Positions 1 through 14,000 of a DNA stretch of 64,000 bases are shown here, piece by piece (position 1 is the first letter of the stretch; the number at the start of each line of letters is the position of its first letter). The notes beneath the pieces are model-generated. The model was given only the letters and a program-made list of their open reading frames with translations. It made no database searches and was not told the origin of the DNA. A program made the position numbers and the translations under genes. This stretch comes from Antedon mediterranea. Taxonomy: Eukaryota > Animalia > Echinodermata. The stretch spans positions 18,059,365 to 18,123,364 of the forward strand of contig NC_092678.1 of assembly GCF_964355755.1 (NCBI RefSeq), written 5' to 3'.

Positions 1-1494
1 AAAACTATCACACTATAAATTTAATGGTAATTTATTTAAACTCGACTGACCTTTTATTAATTATTTATTGTCAATTGGATACACATTTATGCCTATATAG
101 TACGAATCGTGACGCAGATTATTCACAATTGGGTCAAAGGTGAGGCGATATATTTCTCGTTAATGACAAAAATATAGGCCTATCTGTGAATATCGAAATG
201 GCAATTTATTAAATGCGGCAAACGCGTGCATCACCTATCGCACCCTGCTATTTCCTGATTAGCAAGATCTCCTTCAGGCCTAAAAATTACTTGCCTCATT
301 GCATCATATATACTGACATAGATATGGAAACTAGCATACGAACTTTTTTTTCCAATTTGAATTAAGAGCGCATGCTCAGTAACGTCTACTAAATCACTTT
401 CGTAAGTCAAGTAGAAGTCTATGTAAATATAGATTTTTATTACTCACTTTTATATGTCTCGCTGGTGTTGCTATCATTTCAAGCCATTCGAACGAAATGA
501 AGCAGAAATCACAGAAGATGTAAATGTACTTGATCCTAATTGAACGAAATAAGACGTTAACTAACGGGGCTATGTTAAATGCCACATTTGATTTTATCGG
601 CAAATTATAATATTGAGAATGATGAAAACCGAATACTGCACTACTATACTTACAGTATTCGTATTAAACTACTACATCTAGAGAGTGTTTCTAGGCTTAC
701 TGCTGATGAGTCCGCAACTAATATTTAACTGGTCTGTACTCTGCGCTGCTACTTATTTCTGCTACTGCTTAGAACTAAAATTACAATATTCCGGCGCTGT
801 TTATTCTGCTATAGTGGGAAATGCTACTTTTTAATGGTATATAACACCAACATAGATTCCTTTATTTTGTGGGTCACATGACATTTTTACACTCACATAG
901 TGCAGTGTGTTCCCTTTTTTGTTGGCTTAAGACCGGACAGCGGGACTCATTTAACAACAGCATAACAGAGCGCATGCTACCGTGTGAGAGCTCTGTAAAT
1001 TATGTGAATATTATGTAACTATTACTGCTGAACTGACACTGTGTTTTTGTTTTTGCGACTGTTATTCTACTACTACCACTATTTCTGCTGGTAAATACTA
1101 AAGCTGCTATTTACCTCTGCTACTCATTGCTTTTGCAACTAGTAAATACAAATGTTACTACTAAAAAAACTAAAGTTGCTGTTTTGCTAATGCTAATGCA
1201 ACTGGCAAATAGCATTGCCACAAAATATACTGCTGTTATGCTGCTATTTCTACAGTTGATAAAATAGGGTACTTGGTACCTAACTGCTGCTACCATGCTA
1301 AAAACTAATTGTAATAGTTCTGCTACTGCAATGCTAGGTTTTATGCAACTGGTATAAATACCAATACCAGTTACTGTTTCTACTGTTACTTCAGCTAAAC
1401 ACTCTACTCATTCGGCTGCTGAAATGCTACTTCTGCAACTGGTTAATCCATGATACTAATTCGGCTGCTGAAATTCAACCTCTGAAACTAAAAG

Positions 1495-2080
1495 ACGGAT
1501 TTTTTCTGAAATTAAACCACAGATATTTATGTAATCAGTCGACTTCATTTAATTTCGAAGGAAATCGTAACAAAAAATCCCATTTCTGGACCACTCTTTA
1601 TTGCTGTACCGTACGTCAAAACTACAAAATGGATCTTGACTACATTTGAACTAAAGATAGATATGTAGTCACGGAAGACTTAATTAAGACTTAAGATTTA
1701 ATTTTAGAGGTAATCCGGACCAAGATATCCCAATTCTGGACCACTTTTATTGTTTTACCTAGGCCGTACGTCAAATCTAGAGGATGAATATTTACCACAT
1801 TTTAACTACAAATAGATATGTAGTCATGGACGATTTCATTTAATTTTGGAGGTAATCCGGACAAGGGTCCCAATTTTGAACCACTTTGTATTATTTTACT
1901 AATTTTAGGCCGTTCGTCAAAACTACAAGATGGATCTTTACCACATTTTAAGTACAAATAGATATGTAGTCACGGACGACTTAAATTAATTTTGAAGGCA
2001 ATCCGGACCAGGATCCCAATTCTGAACCACTTTGTATTATTTTATTAATTTTAGGCCGTTGGCCAAAACTATCAAGATGA
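1495..2080. repeat. Degenerate tandem repeat, ~135-155 bp unit, ~4 copies
   Basis: The block ATATGTAGTCACGGA...TAATCCGGACCAAG...CCCAATTCTGGACCACTTT...GGCCGTACGTCAAAACTACAA recurs, with anchors near 1528, 1661, 1816 and 1962. Confidence 0.85.
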
Positions 2081-2692
2081 ATAGTTATCATAATATATAT
2101 TATAATACTGTATGTATTATGCCTAAACTGATTGTTTACTATTAAAATATTTGTAATATTTTCACTGAAAAAATAAACTGATACTCTTCTTCTGGAGGGT
2201 TTATCAGTATGAAGCAGCCACAGGCGACGAACATTAAGAAATACATTCACATTATTTTAGAAACAGTATGCACGTTAATGAAGTGGATTTACTGATTTAT
2301 CTTCTAACAAAGATTTATTACAAACGAATTAAATGGCACTCCGTCAAGTTTACCGCAAGCTGCTAAACACGGAAATTAAGCTGTAATGAAATTGTGTTTT
2401 TCATACCATCGTCGTCGCATATTAACGGGATTGAGTGCGTGGTGGTTTGCATAATGGGTGCCAATGTCACCTGTAATTATGCCCTTGTCCGTAAAATCAT
2501 TGTGAGAGAATATTGAAAGCTATAGGGAGTAATGAAGATGAATGTATCAAATGGATCGTCTTTATGAAGTCGACGACGATGTACATTAATATACTAATAA
2601 TAAATTAAAACATCTGACTTATATTAATACTGTTGTGAATGCGCCCTCAACAATAACATTTCCCGCGTTTTTTTACGTGCGTAAGTTACTAA

Positions 2693-2899
2693 AGCTTGGT
2701 TCCCACTAGCGACGTAACGTAACGCAAACGACGCAACGTAAGAAAATGCCCTTCCACTCATTGTGTTTGCCCCCGCCTGCGTGAATTCAAACCTACCATC
2801 TTTGCAGCACTATTTCGTCGCCGGTTCCCACTTGTGATTACGCAATACAGCACTTTGCGTCGATACGTCGCTGCGTTTCGTTCTAATGGGAACTACGCT
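2693..2899. mobile_element. MITE family A (PIF/Harbinger-like), variant internal sequence
   Basis: Left TIR AGCTTGGTTCCCACTAG follows TAA. Right TIR CTAATGGGAACTACGCT is degenerate. The interior matches 47120-47287. Confidence 0.8.
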
Positions 2900-2967
2900 C
2901 CTACATTCTTCAACCCTATACCAAGCCCATGTGTTTCTAAAATACTTCTGTTTTCGAAATTCACTTA

Positions 2968-3118
2968 AGCTCTGTCTGTCAAACTAGTTTGACAAAGTAA
3001 GTGTGATTTGGCCAAATATGGTAGTAATATACCTCAATATGGTAGTGATAAGATTTCATCGTGTCCATAATGGGCACATGGCATTTGTTTGTCACATAAA
3101 GTTTGATCGTGTAGAGCT
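2968..3118. mobile_element. MITE family B (PIF/Harbinger-like)
   Basis: Termini AGCTCTGTCT...TCAAACT / AGTTTGAT...GTAGAGCT with a TTA...TTA target duplication. The interior is homologous, in the opposite orientation, to the copies at 41944 and 52913. Confidence 0.8.
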
Positions 3119-3889
3119 TTATAAATCATAAGCCTAGTATATTTTTTCTCCAAGACAGACCGTTTCGTTACGTTAGGAGATGACGCATTATTTTAGGAGC
3201 ACTCCTATATTCCAAGACACAAGACAGATAATCGTAGTAGAAAATAGTAGTTTTGTAGTGGAAAATAATGAAATAGTAACACGATTTTGTTTTCTCTACA
3301 AGTGACGTAGGGTTCGCGTGAATAAATTCGCCTAGTATAAAACAGGCTTAATGCATCAGGCATCTTTGATGAATTTAAACCATGTCTGTCATTGTTATAA
3401 TGTTAATGTTGCGTCTTCTGTTACGTTTCTAATTTTCGAATCTCTTTCTGTGATTTATACATCGTAACTTTGCTTTCTTACAAACACTTTAACACATAAA
3501 TTATAAAGATGTATCGATGCTATCAATTCGCTGGCTATTCGTACCGATTAATTTAAGCGAATGCGCAGGGATATTTTTTGGTGAGTCCCTCGGGCAGCCG
3601 CCTTTCAAACCATACTTTCTCTCAATTACAGCGCATCAATAGGCCTAGCTCTCTAGCTAGATAGACACGCGTTAATACAATAGTTACTACACCTTCGTGT
3701 ATTCAATTTTTGTGTATCTACTACTGTACCGTCATACATTAATTTTACAATATTTTGCATTAATTATGTTATTCATTACCGGTATTTTTTTGTGTGTATA
3801 AAAAATAATAGTATTTTGAATTGAATAGTGTAATTGTAATTGTAAATAAAAAAAGAAAAAATATATATTCGGTTATAGGCCTATGTCCA

Positions 3890-4048
3890 TTGTAGATCCG
3901 TTTCAATGGACATTCCTTTTAAAGAGAAACTCTCGTGAAACGAACAAGTGGAAATAACTAGGCCTATAATGTGTTAACACTACGTCCAACTCAACTGAAC
4001 ATTTCTTTGGTCCATAAAGTGTCCCATCAATAGAGGTGTTATACTGTA
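3890..4048. mobile_element. Decayed Tc1/mariner (pogo/Tigger-like) MITE remnant
   Basis: Ends in GTGTCCC...ATAGAGGTGTTATACTG|TA. It shares GTGAAACGAACA(A/C)GTG...TAACACTA with 12037-12180, and a similar end lies at ~59285-59338. Confidence 0.4.
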
Positions 4049-5774
4049 TTTAATTGCATACAAATTCTAGTCTACAGCAAAAATAGTTTTGTAATGCCAT
4101 TATCGAACTACTGTATATAATTCTGCACGATTTTCATAAGCTCTTTGACACAAATGTATCAATATCTAATTAGTTCTATATATCACTGTGTAGTTTTTTC
4201 TGTGTGCCTTCCATATCTAGGCCTATACTCATGGAGCGCAACCGTCGCCATAATTGTAACTGAAATATAGTAAAACTGTCTCTCTCTCCCCAGCACACCT
4301 CCCGTCCCCCTCCCGTCCCCTATGTAAATACATTGCACAAGCGACAGTTCGAATAACCCATCGCTTGTTATTGGTCTAATGATTTGCATTGCGCTTAGAG
4401 GGACTTTTCATTTTTCTTTCCAACTCTGATTTTCCAAAGCTAATTTCAAATAACTGTATGTAAGTCAATTGAACCTTTGTTGTGTTTTATTCATTATGTA
4501 TCAATTGGATTTCAATAGGTTGATGACCTTGTTGTCAATGTTCCTGTTTTTGTATTGTTTTGGACACATTTCCTCAAGAACTGATAATTTTAGGGGTTTT
4601 CCTCAAAATTGTCGATTCAAATAGTGTATAATGTTATAATGTATATAGTGTCATTGGAAAATGATTGAGTACAGTGTCACACGTGACATTTTTTTAAATC
4701 TAACTATAGGCCTATCGAAACTTTAGAAATAATTCCATGAAACAGTCCTAACATATGACAAACATGTTACACTATTCCACGATACTGAACATATTAATAT
4801 ACAGTATGGAGAATATATGTAAATAATTAAATAAAGGAATGAACGAATTTCCAACAGGGTTAGCGCATGCTCATAGAGACATTCCGTAAACGTCGAATAG
4901 CAAAATTTTGAGGCCTTTCCAACACTTTTTTTCAAAAGCAATTGAGGAATGATAAAATTACCTTTCAAATTATAATATTCATAAATTTAACATCGATCCT
5001 TCTCTTTTTTTATATATAATCTAATAGATATTTTATAATAAATGGAGCTTATGATGACGTAATTGACGGATTTAAATAAAAATGATGAAGACAAACCGTC
5101 GTCGACCTTGGCAGAATAAGAAAATCCATAAATGACATTTTAAGCGATGAATCATTCCTTGTAAAAGCGGAGTACAGGTAAATTATATAATTATTTTACA
5201 AGGTAATGGATATGATCCGCGCTGCAGTGTTTCTAATAATAAGATATGTGAAAATAATAGCAAGAAATATCAAAATCCGTACGAATTAAGGTTAATGAAT
5301 TTCATTTCTACCGACACAAGAGGGCGCTTTTAAAAATAAAATCGTACAAAATGGCTGAAATTTGCATTCTTCAATAACTAAAATGTATCGAACAAATAAC
5401 GTGGCATTAGACAACGTGCATCAGTCATTGACATTCTGCGCAAGCTCAGATACATGACCATGCGCAGAACGTTAGATAAGTCGCATTACTCGCGTAGTCT
5501 AGAGATAAGAATCGTGAAATGTACAATGCTCTATGGATAGAGGGCATGCGTAAAAGCGAGAAAGAAGTGGAAGAAGGGGAAGGTGTAAAATGGGAATCAA
5601 TCGTACGTTTTAAAAGCATATTCTTGTGAACTTTTCATTTGATATGATAATTATTTTTCATGAAAATGATTGTGTTCGTACGGGATTGTGTAACCACGCA
5701 AGTCTGAATAATATAATCACAAAACGTATTTAAGTTCTAAAATATAATAAACATATAGCAAACTAAATTTCTGG

Positions 5775-5892
5775 TGAGAAATTGAGTTGACCAATCAAAA
5801 GCGGCAGTTTGTGGTGATGCATCGCGTCGTGATTGGTCAATTTACTTGCGGTGCGCTTACGTCATTGCGTTGCTCGTCCAAGTAGGAACCAA
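5775..5892. mobile_element. MITE family A-related fragment
   Basis: Inverted core TTGACCAATCA...TGATTGGTCAA and partial terminus CAAGTAGGAACCAA. Homologous to the inverted copy at 38962-39120. Confidence 0.65.
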
Positions 5893-7699
5893 TCAATCCT
5901 TAATGAATATTCATCAGACTGTGTTCGTCGTTAATATAAAAAAAGTAAGAGTAAGTAGCCATGAGTTGGATCATTCTGTGATCTGCATCGATCCTAATCG
6001 AAAGCACTTCACCAAAGTGTGTGTCTCCTTCAGATGGATTACTATCCCATGGGCCTTATTTGCTGCAAAAGTAGGATGTCTTTGGACGCTCGCGTGCTTA
6101 TTGCGGCTTATCTATCTCATCTTGCTTTTTGGTCGTTGAAATCGGCGTTTGAATTTTGACGGAAACTATTCATGTGTCGTGTAGGAATTGCATGGTATAC
6201 TTAGCAATTTACTGGTAAAAACTGGTTAAACTGATCCTGTTAAAAAGTAAATTTAAAGTAAAAAACAAACATAAACAAGCAAAATAAATAGCTTTTGATT
6301 TAATTTATTTTAGCATCATAAACAATTACAGATGAAATTCAATGAATAGGCCTATATATACAGAAAACAAAGATCGAAACATCAAAAACATACACACAAA
6401 AAAGCGATGCCCAGGATAACTCATAAATGTCCTAAAATGACTTGTTTCCAATGGGGTCCTTTTGAAAACATTTGCGCATGCGCACTGATCATTTTCTACA
6501 GCTCACTCGACCATTCGGTAAATTCTGATAGAAATGATTGTTGTTTTTAATCTGTTGTGAGTTTCCATTCATGTTGTTAAAAGTTTGTGTAAGGAGAAGG
6601 TTTAAGTCATCGCAGGTGTGGAGATCATATAACGAGTAATATTCAACGAAGTACAGCATAATCAGCATAAACAATGAATAATGAATGACTTGAAAACTTA
6701 TCTGTCCTCCGTTATAAGTAATGCAAGACGTCACGCCATACCGGTTCTTATTCCTAATCTCTACAGCGCTACACCATTTAGATAAATTGATCCTAGCAGT
6801 TGTATGGATTATTAGCCTTAACAGTTGTTTCTATATAAAATGAAAGTGTTTCCATGTGTGTGGGCACAACTGCACTAGAACCATACATGGCATGCCTGTG
6901 TTGCTTCATTTGTGTTGTCACTTTTCAATATGTTAGCGTCAAAATGTGTTCAGCATTGACAAATTTAAAGCTGAAATATTCCTGTATACCTAAAGGTCAA
7001 TCTACACATACAAGCGGTAACGGTAAGCGGAAAACCACGTAGATTGTCCCACGTAGAATATGTATCTATCCTCAGCGGAAATCGCCCGTCCGCTCCGCGC
7101 TTTGTGTAAAATGGTCATAAAGAACATGGAAAAAAAACTGTCGATTCGCTGGAAATCAGGTATGGAGTAAACAATATGCAATGAGACCATATAATGAGAA
7201 TAAACATGATTGATTATAGAATGCCAGCATACACCGACCCATGATCATTTTCGTCGATAACTTCAAACGTATTTTTAAATTGCCAATCGATTGAATTAAA
7301 TTATGTTCTTCAAAGTTAATTAATGACGTTCGAAGCGGTTTGCAACTTATTTTAATTTCGTCATTAAGTTTTACAGTCGTATGAAATATCCAGCAGTTCC
7401 GATTTCCCGCTTGATATAAATTTTTCTTTCGAATTAGATTTATTTTAACGGCCGACCCTCTTTTAATGGTCTATTCGTTTAAATGGACGATGAAAACTGC
7501 TTTTATAGTTTCCGTGCAACTTGCACATTATTACACATAGAGAGAAATACGTACGTGTTCAGATATTTAATAACATACTAATATTTCCAATCTTTCCATG
7601 TTGCATCTCAGTGAAAAAAAAGATCTTCTTTTGTCGTGTTTCTCTTTTATGAACGTTGCCTCTCGGAGTTCGAATTGATAAAACTTGCCAAGCAAACAC

Positions 7700-8790
7700 A
7701 TCCTTTTTAAGTCAACGATTTTACTTAAGTCTGTTTTGGACATAACCTAAACAAATATTTTTGTTTTTAAAATCATAGATGAAAAAGTACCTCTCGTAAG
7801 ATAAAACAAAATCTGGTTTTATAAATAAAGCCTCATATTCTTTTTCACCAAAATATCTTGACTTACGCTAAAACATTGTTAAAGCCAGCCACAACCTTAC
7901 GACTCACTGCAGTACAGAAGAAGCTACAATAGATCATCATTTGCAGGACTATGACACTTAGTCCTCCTCTGCTTTTCTTTGCTACAATTGTTTAGTTAAA
8001 CATATTCCACACTTTCTTATCTTATGGATCATCAAGTAAGACAATTCTCCAAATTCAAAATAGAGATCAATGAACCTTTTCAGTCACAATTTAAATATTA
8101 GGAAAATTTATGCTGTAGGCTATTTTAAATTCTCTTAACAATACAATAACATTTTTCACTAACTATTTCTTCTTTTAAACGTAATATTAAACAACTTAAC
8201 TTATTAAAACAGCATATGGCAACTTAAGCGTGGTTCCCACTAGCGACGCAACGCAAGGACGTAACGCAACGAAATTGAATTGACCAATCACAAGCGATGG
8301 CTTATTCGCTTGTGATTGCGAACTGTCTATAACTTCGCTTGTCATTGGTTATAACGCTTGCGTTACGTTTACGTCCTTGCGTTACGTTCTAGTGGGAACC
8401 AAGCTTAAGTCTATTTCTACGTACTCCATTTCTTATATTTAAGACTTTTGTAATCCAGACTTCTGTTTCTCTTTAATTACTCCTTATGTAATTTATTTAT
8501 TCATTTGTCTTTTCAATTAATAATAGTAATATATTATTATTATTTTTATAATTGTTATTATTTTTATTATCATTGTTGTACTTTTTTATTTATTTATTTT
8601 ATTTGTTTTTCTTTATTTTTATTTTAACTGGTGGTCATGACTTAAAGATTCGTTGTAATCTTATTTTGGTGACATACCACACACTGTATTACTACTTATA
8701 TACTTATATCTTTCAATACATGTCTCTTTTTTTAAATTTGTTTTAAAATGTGTGTTGTAAACGAATAATAAACGAACAAACAAACAAATA
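7700..8790 (+). mobile_element. Heavily decayed CR1/L2-group LINE 3' end, interrupted by a MITE
   Basis: Broken frames give fragments like TAVQKK and NSLNN...ISSFKRNIKQL, resembling LINE ORF2 C-termini. An AT-rich 3'-UTR-like stretch follows, ending in an (AAAC)n tail at ~8768-8788. Confidence 0.35.
8227..8405. mobile_element. MITE family A (PIF/Harbinger-like), 179 bp
   Basis: TIRs AGCGTGGTTCCCACTAG / CTAGTGGGAACCAAGCT, flanked by TTA and TAA. The whole element is near-palindromic and nearly identical to 51236-51414 and 63216-63394. Confidence 0.93.
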
Positions 8791-10286
8791 ATGTTTTTCC
8801 ATTTTTAAAAGTGGACCGTACGTTCATCATCACCTATACCAACACTTAAGTAATTAACACATAATAGGACGCCAGCAGTGAAAACACATAGTTTACAGTT
8901 GGTTGACACTGTGTCTATAATTTGTATCATAAGTCAATTCTGTGATAGATGATCACATAATTCATAATATCATAGGCCGTAGCCTAACATTAACACTGCA
9001 GGCGCCACGTTATCCATATACGATCCTGTATTACAGTATTTTTCTATCTAGTCATACATGGGGATACAGTGAAGAGAATCGGGTGGTACCGTACCCCTGT
9101 TTCTTACAGCAATGCTGAAGTATTATTACTGTCTGATTTGGTATGGTCACGTGTTCAGATTACGTATAACGATTATGAATTACCCAATTACACGTTAAAA
9201 TATTCATCTATCGTTGTTTTTGAATACTAAACACAAGGCAAATTAAGCTGATGAACATTAAATAGATAGTAAATTGCCCAAAGACGTTTAGAGTGGAAAC
9301 TGTCAGGTGGCATAACGGCTAACCCAGGATATAGTCTGGCAGACGGGCGCCAAAACAACAGTTTTCTTACCGATTTATTTTACCATGGGCATTTTATATA
9401 CTTCAAATAACTATGGTAAATGTTGTGAGGATAATGATTGTCTTAATGCGTATTGTTTTATTGAGAATGAGACATCATGGCGCAAACATTGTGAGCGCCG
9501 AGTTTACGTCATTGTCATGATCATAATAATAATGATTAATCAAATGCATGCGCATCATTTTTAACACCAGAAAAAAAATCCTGTTTTTTCTTTCTGTTTT
9601 TCCTATTTTTATTCATTCTTTGTCTTTTCTCTCCATTATTCATTTTTTGGTTAAAAAAAACAATAGCAATAACAACATAGGCCTACAAAAAAAGATTAAA
9701 ATCAAAATAAATGGTATAAAACTTCAAAAAGAATTCATAAAATTCAGAAAAACATAAACTAAGAGATTTAACTTTCACATCTTCTGAAACGGTAATTTAT
9801 AATCATAATAATAATTGAAAAAGAAATCACTTTTTTCATGAAAGTTTTCACCATACAATTACATGTACTTAGGATTTATAGTTTATTGTTATTATTGAAC
9901 TTACAATTATTGTCGAACTTACATTTATTATTGTCGAATTTGTAGGAACGGAAATGAAATGCTGCTAAAATTAGACGAACTTACAACCTTTTTAGGTAGA
10001 TGTGTTCGTGTTCTGTTTTGAAATTAAAACACTAGAGGATATTTAAATACATTTTAGTACATAGTACAAGTACATGGCTATTAAAAAAAGCTGATGTTTG
10101 TTTTCTTATAAAGCAAACTATTGGTTATCTTTCTTATTCTATGTTTCCATTCCACATACACCATTGAAATGTATTTTTTCTACATTTCCACTTAGGTAAT
10201 TTACGTTTCCACTTAGGTAATTTACGTTTCTACTTCCACTTTTCTCATAATATTGATTAATGTAAACAATTGGCAAAACTACATGG

Positions 10287-10785
10287 TAGGCTTGGTCCAG
10301 ACCCCTTTGCCTAGTAGGCTTATGCACAACCATGGGGGGCCTAAGGTAAACTCTTTTGTACATTGTAGTAGATGGCACTGCAGGATAGGCCCATACCCCT
10401 GCCTTGACTAATGCACTTCAGCCATTGGGATCTAAGGTAAACTATTTTGTACATTTTAGTAGATGGCACTGCATGCTAGGCCCAGACCCCTGTCTTGACT
10501 AATGCACAACCATGGGGGCCTGAGGTAAACTCTTCTGTACATTTTAGTAGATGGCACTGCAGACTATGCCCAGGTCACTTGCCTAGACTAATGCACAACC
10601 ATGGGGGACTGAGGTAAACTATTCTGTACATTTTAGTAGATGACACTGCAGGCTAGGCCCAGACCCATGTCTTGACTACACAGCCATGAGGGCCTGAGGT
10701 AAACTATTCTGTACAATTTAGTAGATGACACTGCAGGCTAGGCCCAGACCCCTGTCTTGACTACACAGCCATCATGTGGGCCTGG
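10287..10785. repeat. Tandem repeat, ~86-92 bp unit, ~5.5 copies
   Basis: Unit CATGGGGGCCTGAGGTAAACTATTCTGTACATTTTAGTAGATGGCACTGCAGGCTAGGCCCAGACCCCTGTCTTGACTAATGCACAAC, with anchors at 10331, 10423, 10511, 10600 and 10685. Confidence 0.92.
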
Positions 10786-10914
10786 GTTTAAAAGACAGCA
10801 ATCTAGACAAAGATTTCAACAGTTGTTTTTTTTTTAACTAGTCATTTTCACAAAATGTCAAAGTCGTTTTTATTCAGCAAGAAGCTAAATGTTTCTGTAT
10901 TTTCTCTTGTGTAG

Positions 10915-11017
10915 TTCAAAAAGAGACCATTAAAGAAAAAACACGATAAATCACTTGATTTAACACAGCTAGTGACCCAACAGAGACGAGTTCGATCGTG
11001 GAAACCAACTCATTAAG
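10915..11017 (+). other. Candidate non-coding (5'-UTR) exon
   Basis: Polypyrimidine acceptor TATTTTCTCTTGTGTAG| and strong donor AAG|GTAAGA. All three frames contain stops. Confidence 0.35.
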
Positions 11018-14000
11018 GTAAGATACAGACATACTGTAATAATTCTTCGTTTTCACTTAAAATTTCATACTGATATTTACACTTTTTCAGTATATGTTAC
11101 CAGAAGCAAATGCTTGTAAAACTTTGCTAGATTAATCGCCTGCCAAATACGTTTGACGTCATTGCAATTTTATTTGTTAGTCAAAAGCAATATTCACGTA
11201 AGCGCATGGGAAATATAAACGTAGATTTTGTTGTTGATGAAATGATGTTTGCAATATTGACTTATGATGATTAATTGAATAAGTAAATAGCGTGAAATTT
11301 AAGACAACATAAAGTTACATTTTTTTCAAACATCGCGTGTGTAGTTGTTTCGGCAAGATTGTGCCGACAAATTCAAAATCCTAATTCTGCATTTTTACTC
11401 TAAAAATGTAAAAGTGTAATTATATAACACCAATGACAACTTCTCGTTTTCACAATGAGCCACGCCACAAAGTAGCTTTGAGTCTAATGGTCATTCTGCG
11501 CATGCTCTGTTTCTCATGGTAACCAGAATGCCTGTTTGGCTCGACAGCCGCGTAGTCGCGTAGCGGTTCGTATGAAAACAGAAAGGTCGCTAGGCACGTA
11601 CTTATTTATAGTTTATCATGAGCATCCATCATTCGCTTGAGAAAACGTACCGTAACGTTATGTTTAATAATCAAAATCATGAAAATAGCTTTCATAATGA
11701 AATTGACATTCATTGCAGATTAATAAATGGGGTGTATTTCTTATTTCAAATGCAAGCTATCTTTAACAAAGACGTTTTTCATTCGTTACTGTGATTGTTA
11801 AATGTCTTTTCTTAAATAACTTAATTCCACGTATTATTATTTCTAGTGTAAGTAGAAATTTGCGTTGTGTGATTCTTAAAGATTTATGTTCAGTTATATT
11901 TCAAAATGATCTACAAGCTCGGATTAATTTCATAGTAAATTGTTGTTTTGCATATCGTTTCTTTTCAAACAGTATGTGCAGCGTTGTACGAGTAAAGTTT
12001 ACAGATATGGCGAGTTTAAAATCTTACTAGGCCTACAGTAAGCCTAGAACCACTCCTGTGGGACACTCGAATTAAAATTACTCCTTCCTGTGAAACGAAC
12101 ACGTGAACTAATTATGTTTTTAACACTATGGTCAATCCTTATCCATGCAGATACCACCTCCATTAAAAGGTCTCCGCTCTGCATATACAACATATTGGAA
12201 TTGCATTTTCCACGATCACCGTAATTAAATCAGTCTTTGTGTTTTATTATTAGGGTATACAAATAATAATAGTTATGAGTTGAATGTAGAGAATATTTCA
12301 TGATTTGAAAGATTGGCTTATTTAGAACTGCCAACGGATGAAATGGAACTTTCCATTCAACGAATACCAAACATTGTAATATTTCTTTGTTAACACACCT
12401 ACTGTTTCTGTTGAATTGAATTTCTGATTTCTTCTTGAATACATTTCTCCGAATTTTGCATTGCAAAAAAATCTCTATTTATTTATTACACAACCAGTGT
12501 GTTCAATAGTACGGTTTAATTCACATTTCTATTCATTAGAACTAATACCGAACAGCACGTGATTAACAAATTGGTAGGAATTACACTCAGGCGTGTGCAC
12601 GCTATTACGTTATTTCACTAGTCAGGATTGAAACAAACGATTGAAGATTTGGCGGTTTTAAAATCTTACTATACAACAGATTGGAATTGCATTTTCCAAG
12701 ATCATTATAAATCAGTCTCAGAGTGTCATTATTGTTTCATACTTTTCATATATAATCTTTGCTCTCGTACATTTTTAAAATGTAATTTATAGATAATTAT
12801 CTCGGTCGGGTGACTCTTTGATTGTGTCGTATTTATCCATCATTCTTTCGCTTGCTTATTGAACAAGACAAACAATTTCTCGACCAATTAGCAATTTGCT
12901 TTCAATCTATGTTGGTCAAATTATTAGTAAAGTAAACTATTTTACTTTAGCTTTAAACAAGCTGAATTTATCAGACGATATAAATTATGTTACTGTTTTC
13001 GCGCCGCGTCTTTAGTCAGTTATATTCACGAGAACGAAAGCTTAAGAACTGTATCATACGCGGAGTCTTATTAATTACTACGTCATAAAAAAATGGGTAT
13101 TTGGAAACTCTGACTGGGCATGCTCAAACTCTAAAGAACGTCTGGGAGAAGAGAGTATATGAGATGTATGCAGACAGGTAGTCTGGCTGTCAACGTAGAC
13201 ATTTATCATTGAAAATATAATGGTCAAATCCTTCCACTATGGTAAATATATGTATCTGGGAAGCTTCTCTGGTGTGTATAGATGAAGAATTGTTTGATTG
13301 GAATGGTGGGGTATTTGGATCACTACGACATTAATTAGTTATGTTTGCTGATAAAAGAAAGTTTTAGCCATAACACAATGCCTTCGTTAGAACATTAAAT
13401 GGACATCATATTCAAAAACACTTCAGTAGCAATACAATGCCAAAAGGCTACTTCGTTCACGACGACAGGGGGATTTTTCTGCATCATTTAAATATATCCC
13501 CAGAGTAAATAGAAAAAACACATTTTCTGATTCGGATATAATTAATGTGATACAGTTCGTAATGTTGTTGTGTTCTGCTCTAGGTAATACTGTTTACCTT
13601 TGAGGCTGTTTTCAACGGTACGACTAATTGCTAAAAATGTGATTTATTATGACATGAAATTGCAATAGAGCTGCTAATTGCCTTTTTGAAATTGAATGTT
13701 AGTGAACTCTCCCTCCCCTACTCTTTTATTCACAGGTAAAACTTGGTATGACGTGTTCATTAATACTGGTTGCTACACGTGCCCCATGCAGTGCAATTGG
13801 ATATCTGATGTAAAGAAAACATTCTAGGCTTTGTTTCTATTCAAACCTCTAAAGAATGGTCTTCTTCCAATTGGTGACGTGTTGCACCCGATTCTGTGGC
13901 TTTCACGATACTCTCTGTTGAAGACTGTTGCCAGTCTACCAGATACATATCTGACTGTATTAATACACGATATCTCTGTCGTTAGGTGCTATGTAGAGAC

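Noticed and set aside
703-717. Hammerhead half-motif CTGATGAGTCCGCAA
   Set aside because: The complementary GGAC-GAAA half is missing, and it lies in a CTG/CTA-rich low-complexity tract.
630-1480. Thr/Ala-rich coding region
   Set aside because: A degenerate ACT/GCT triplet tract with stops in all frames and no ORF in the track.
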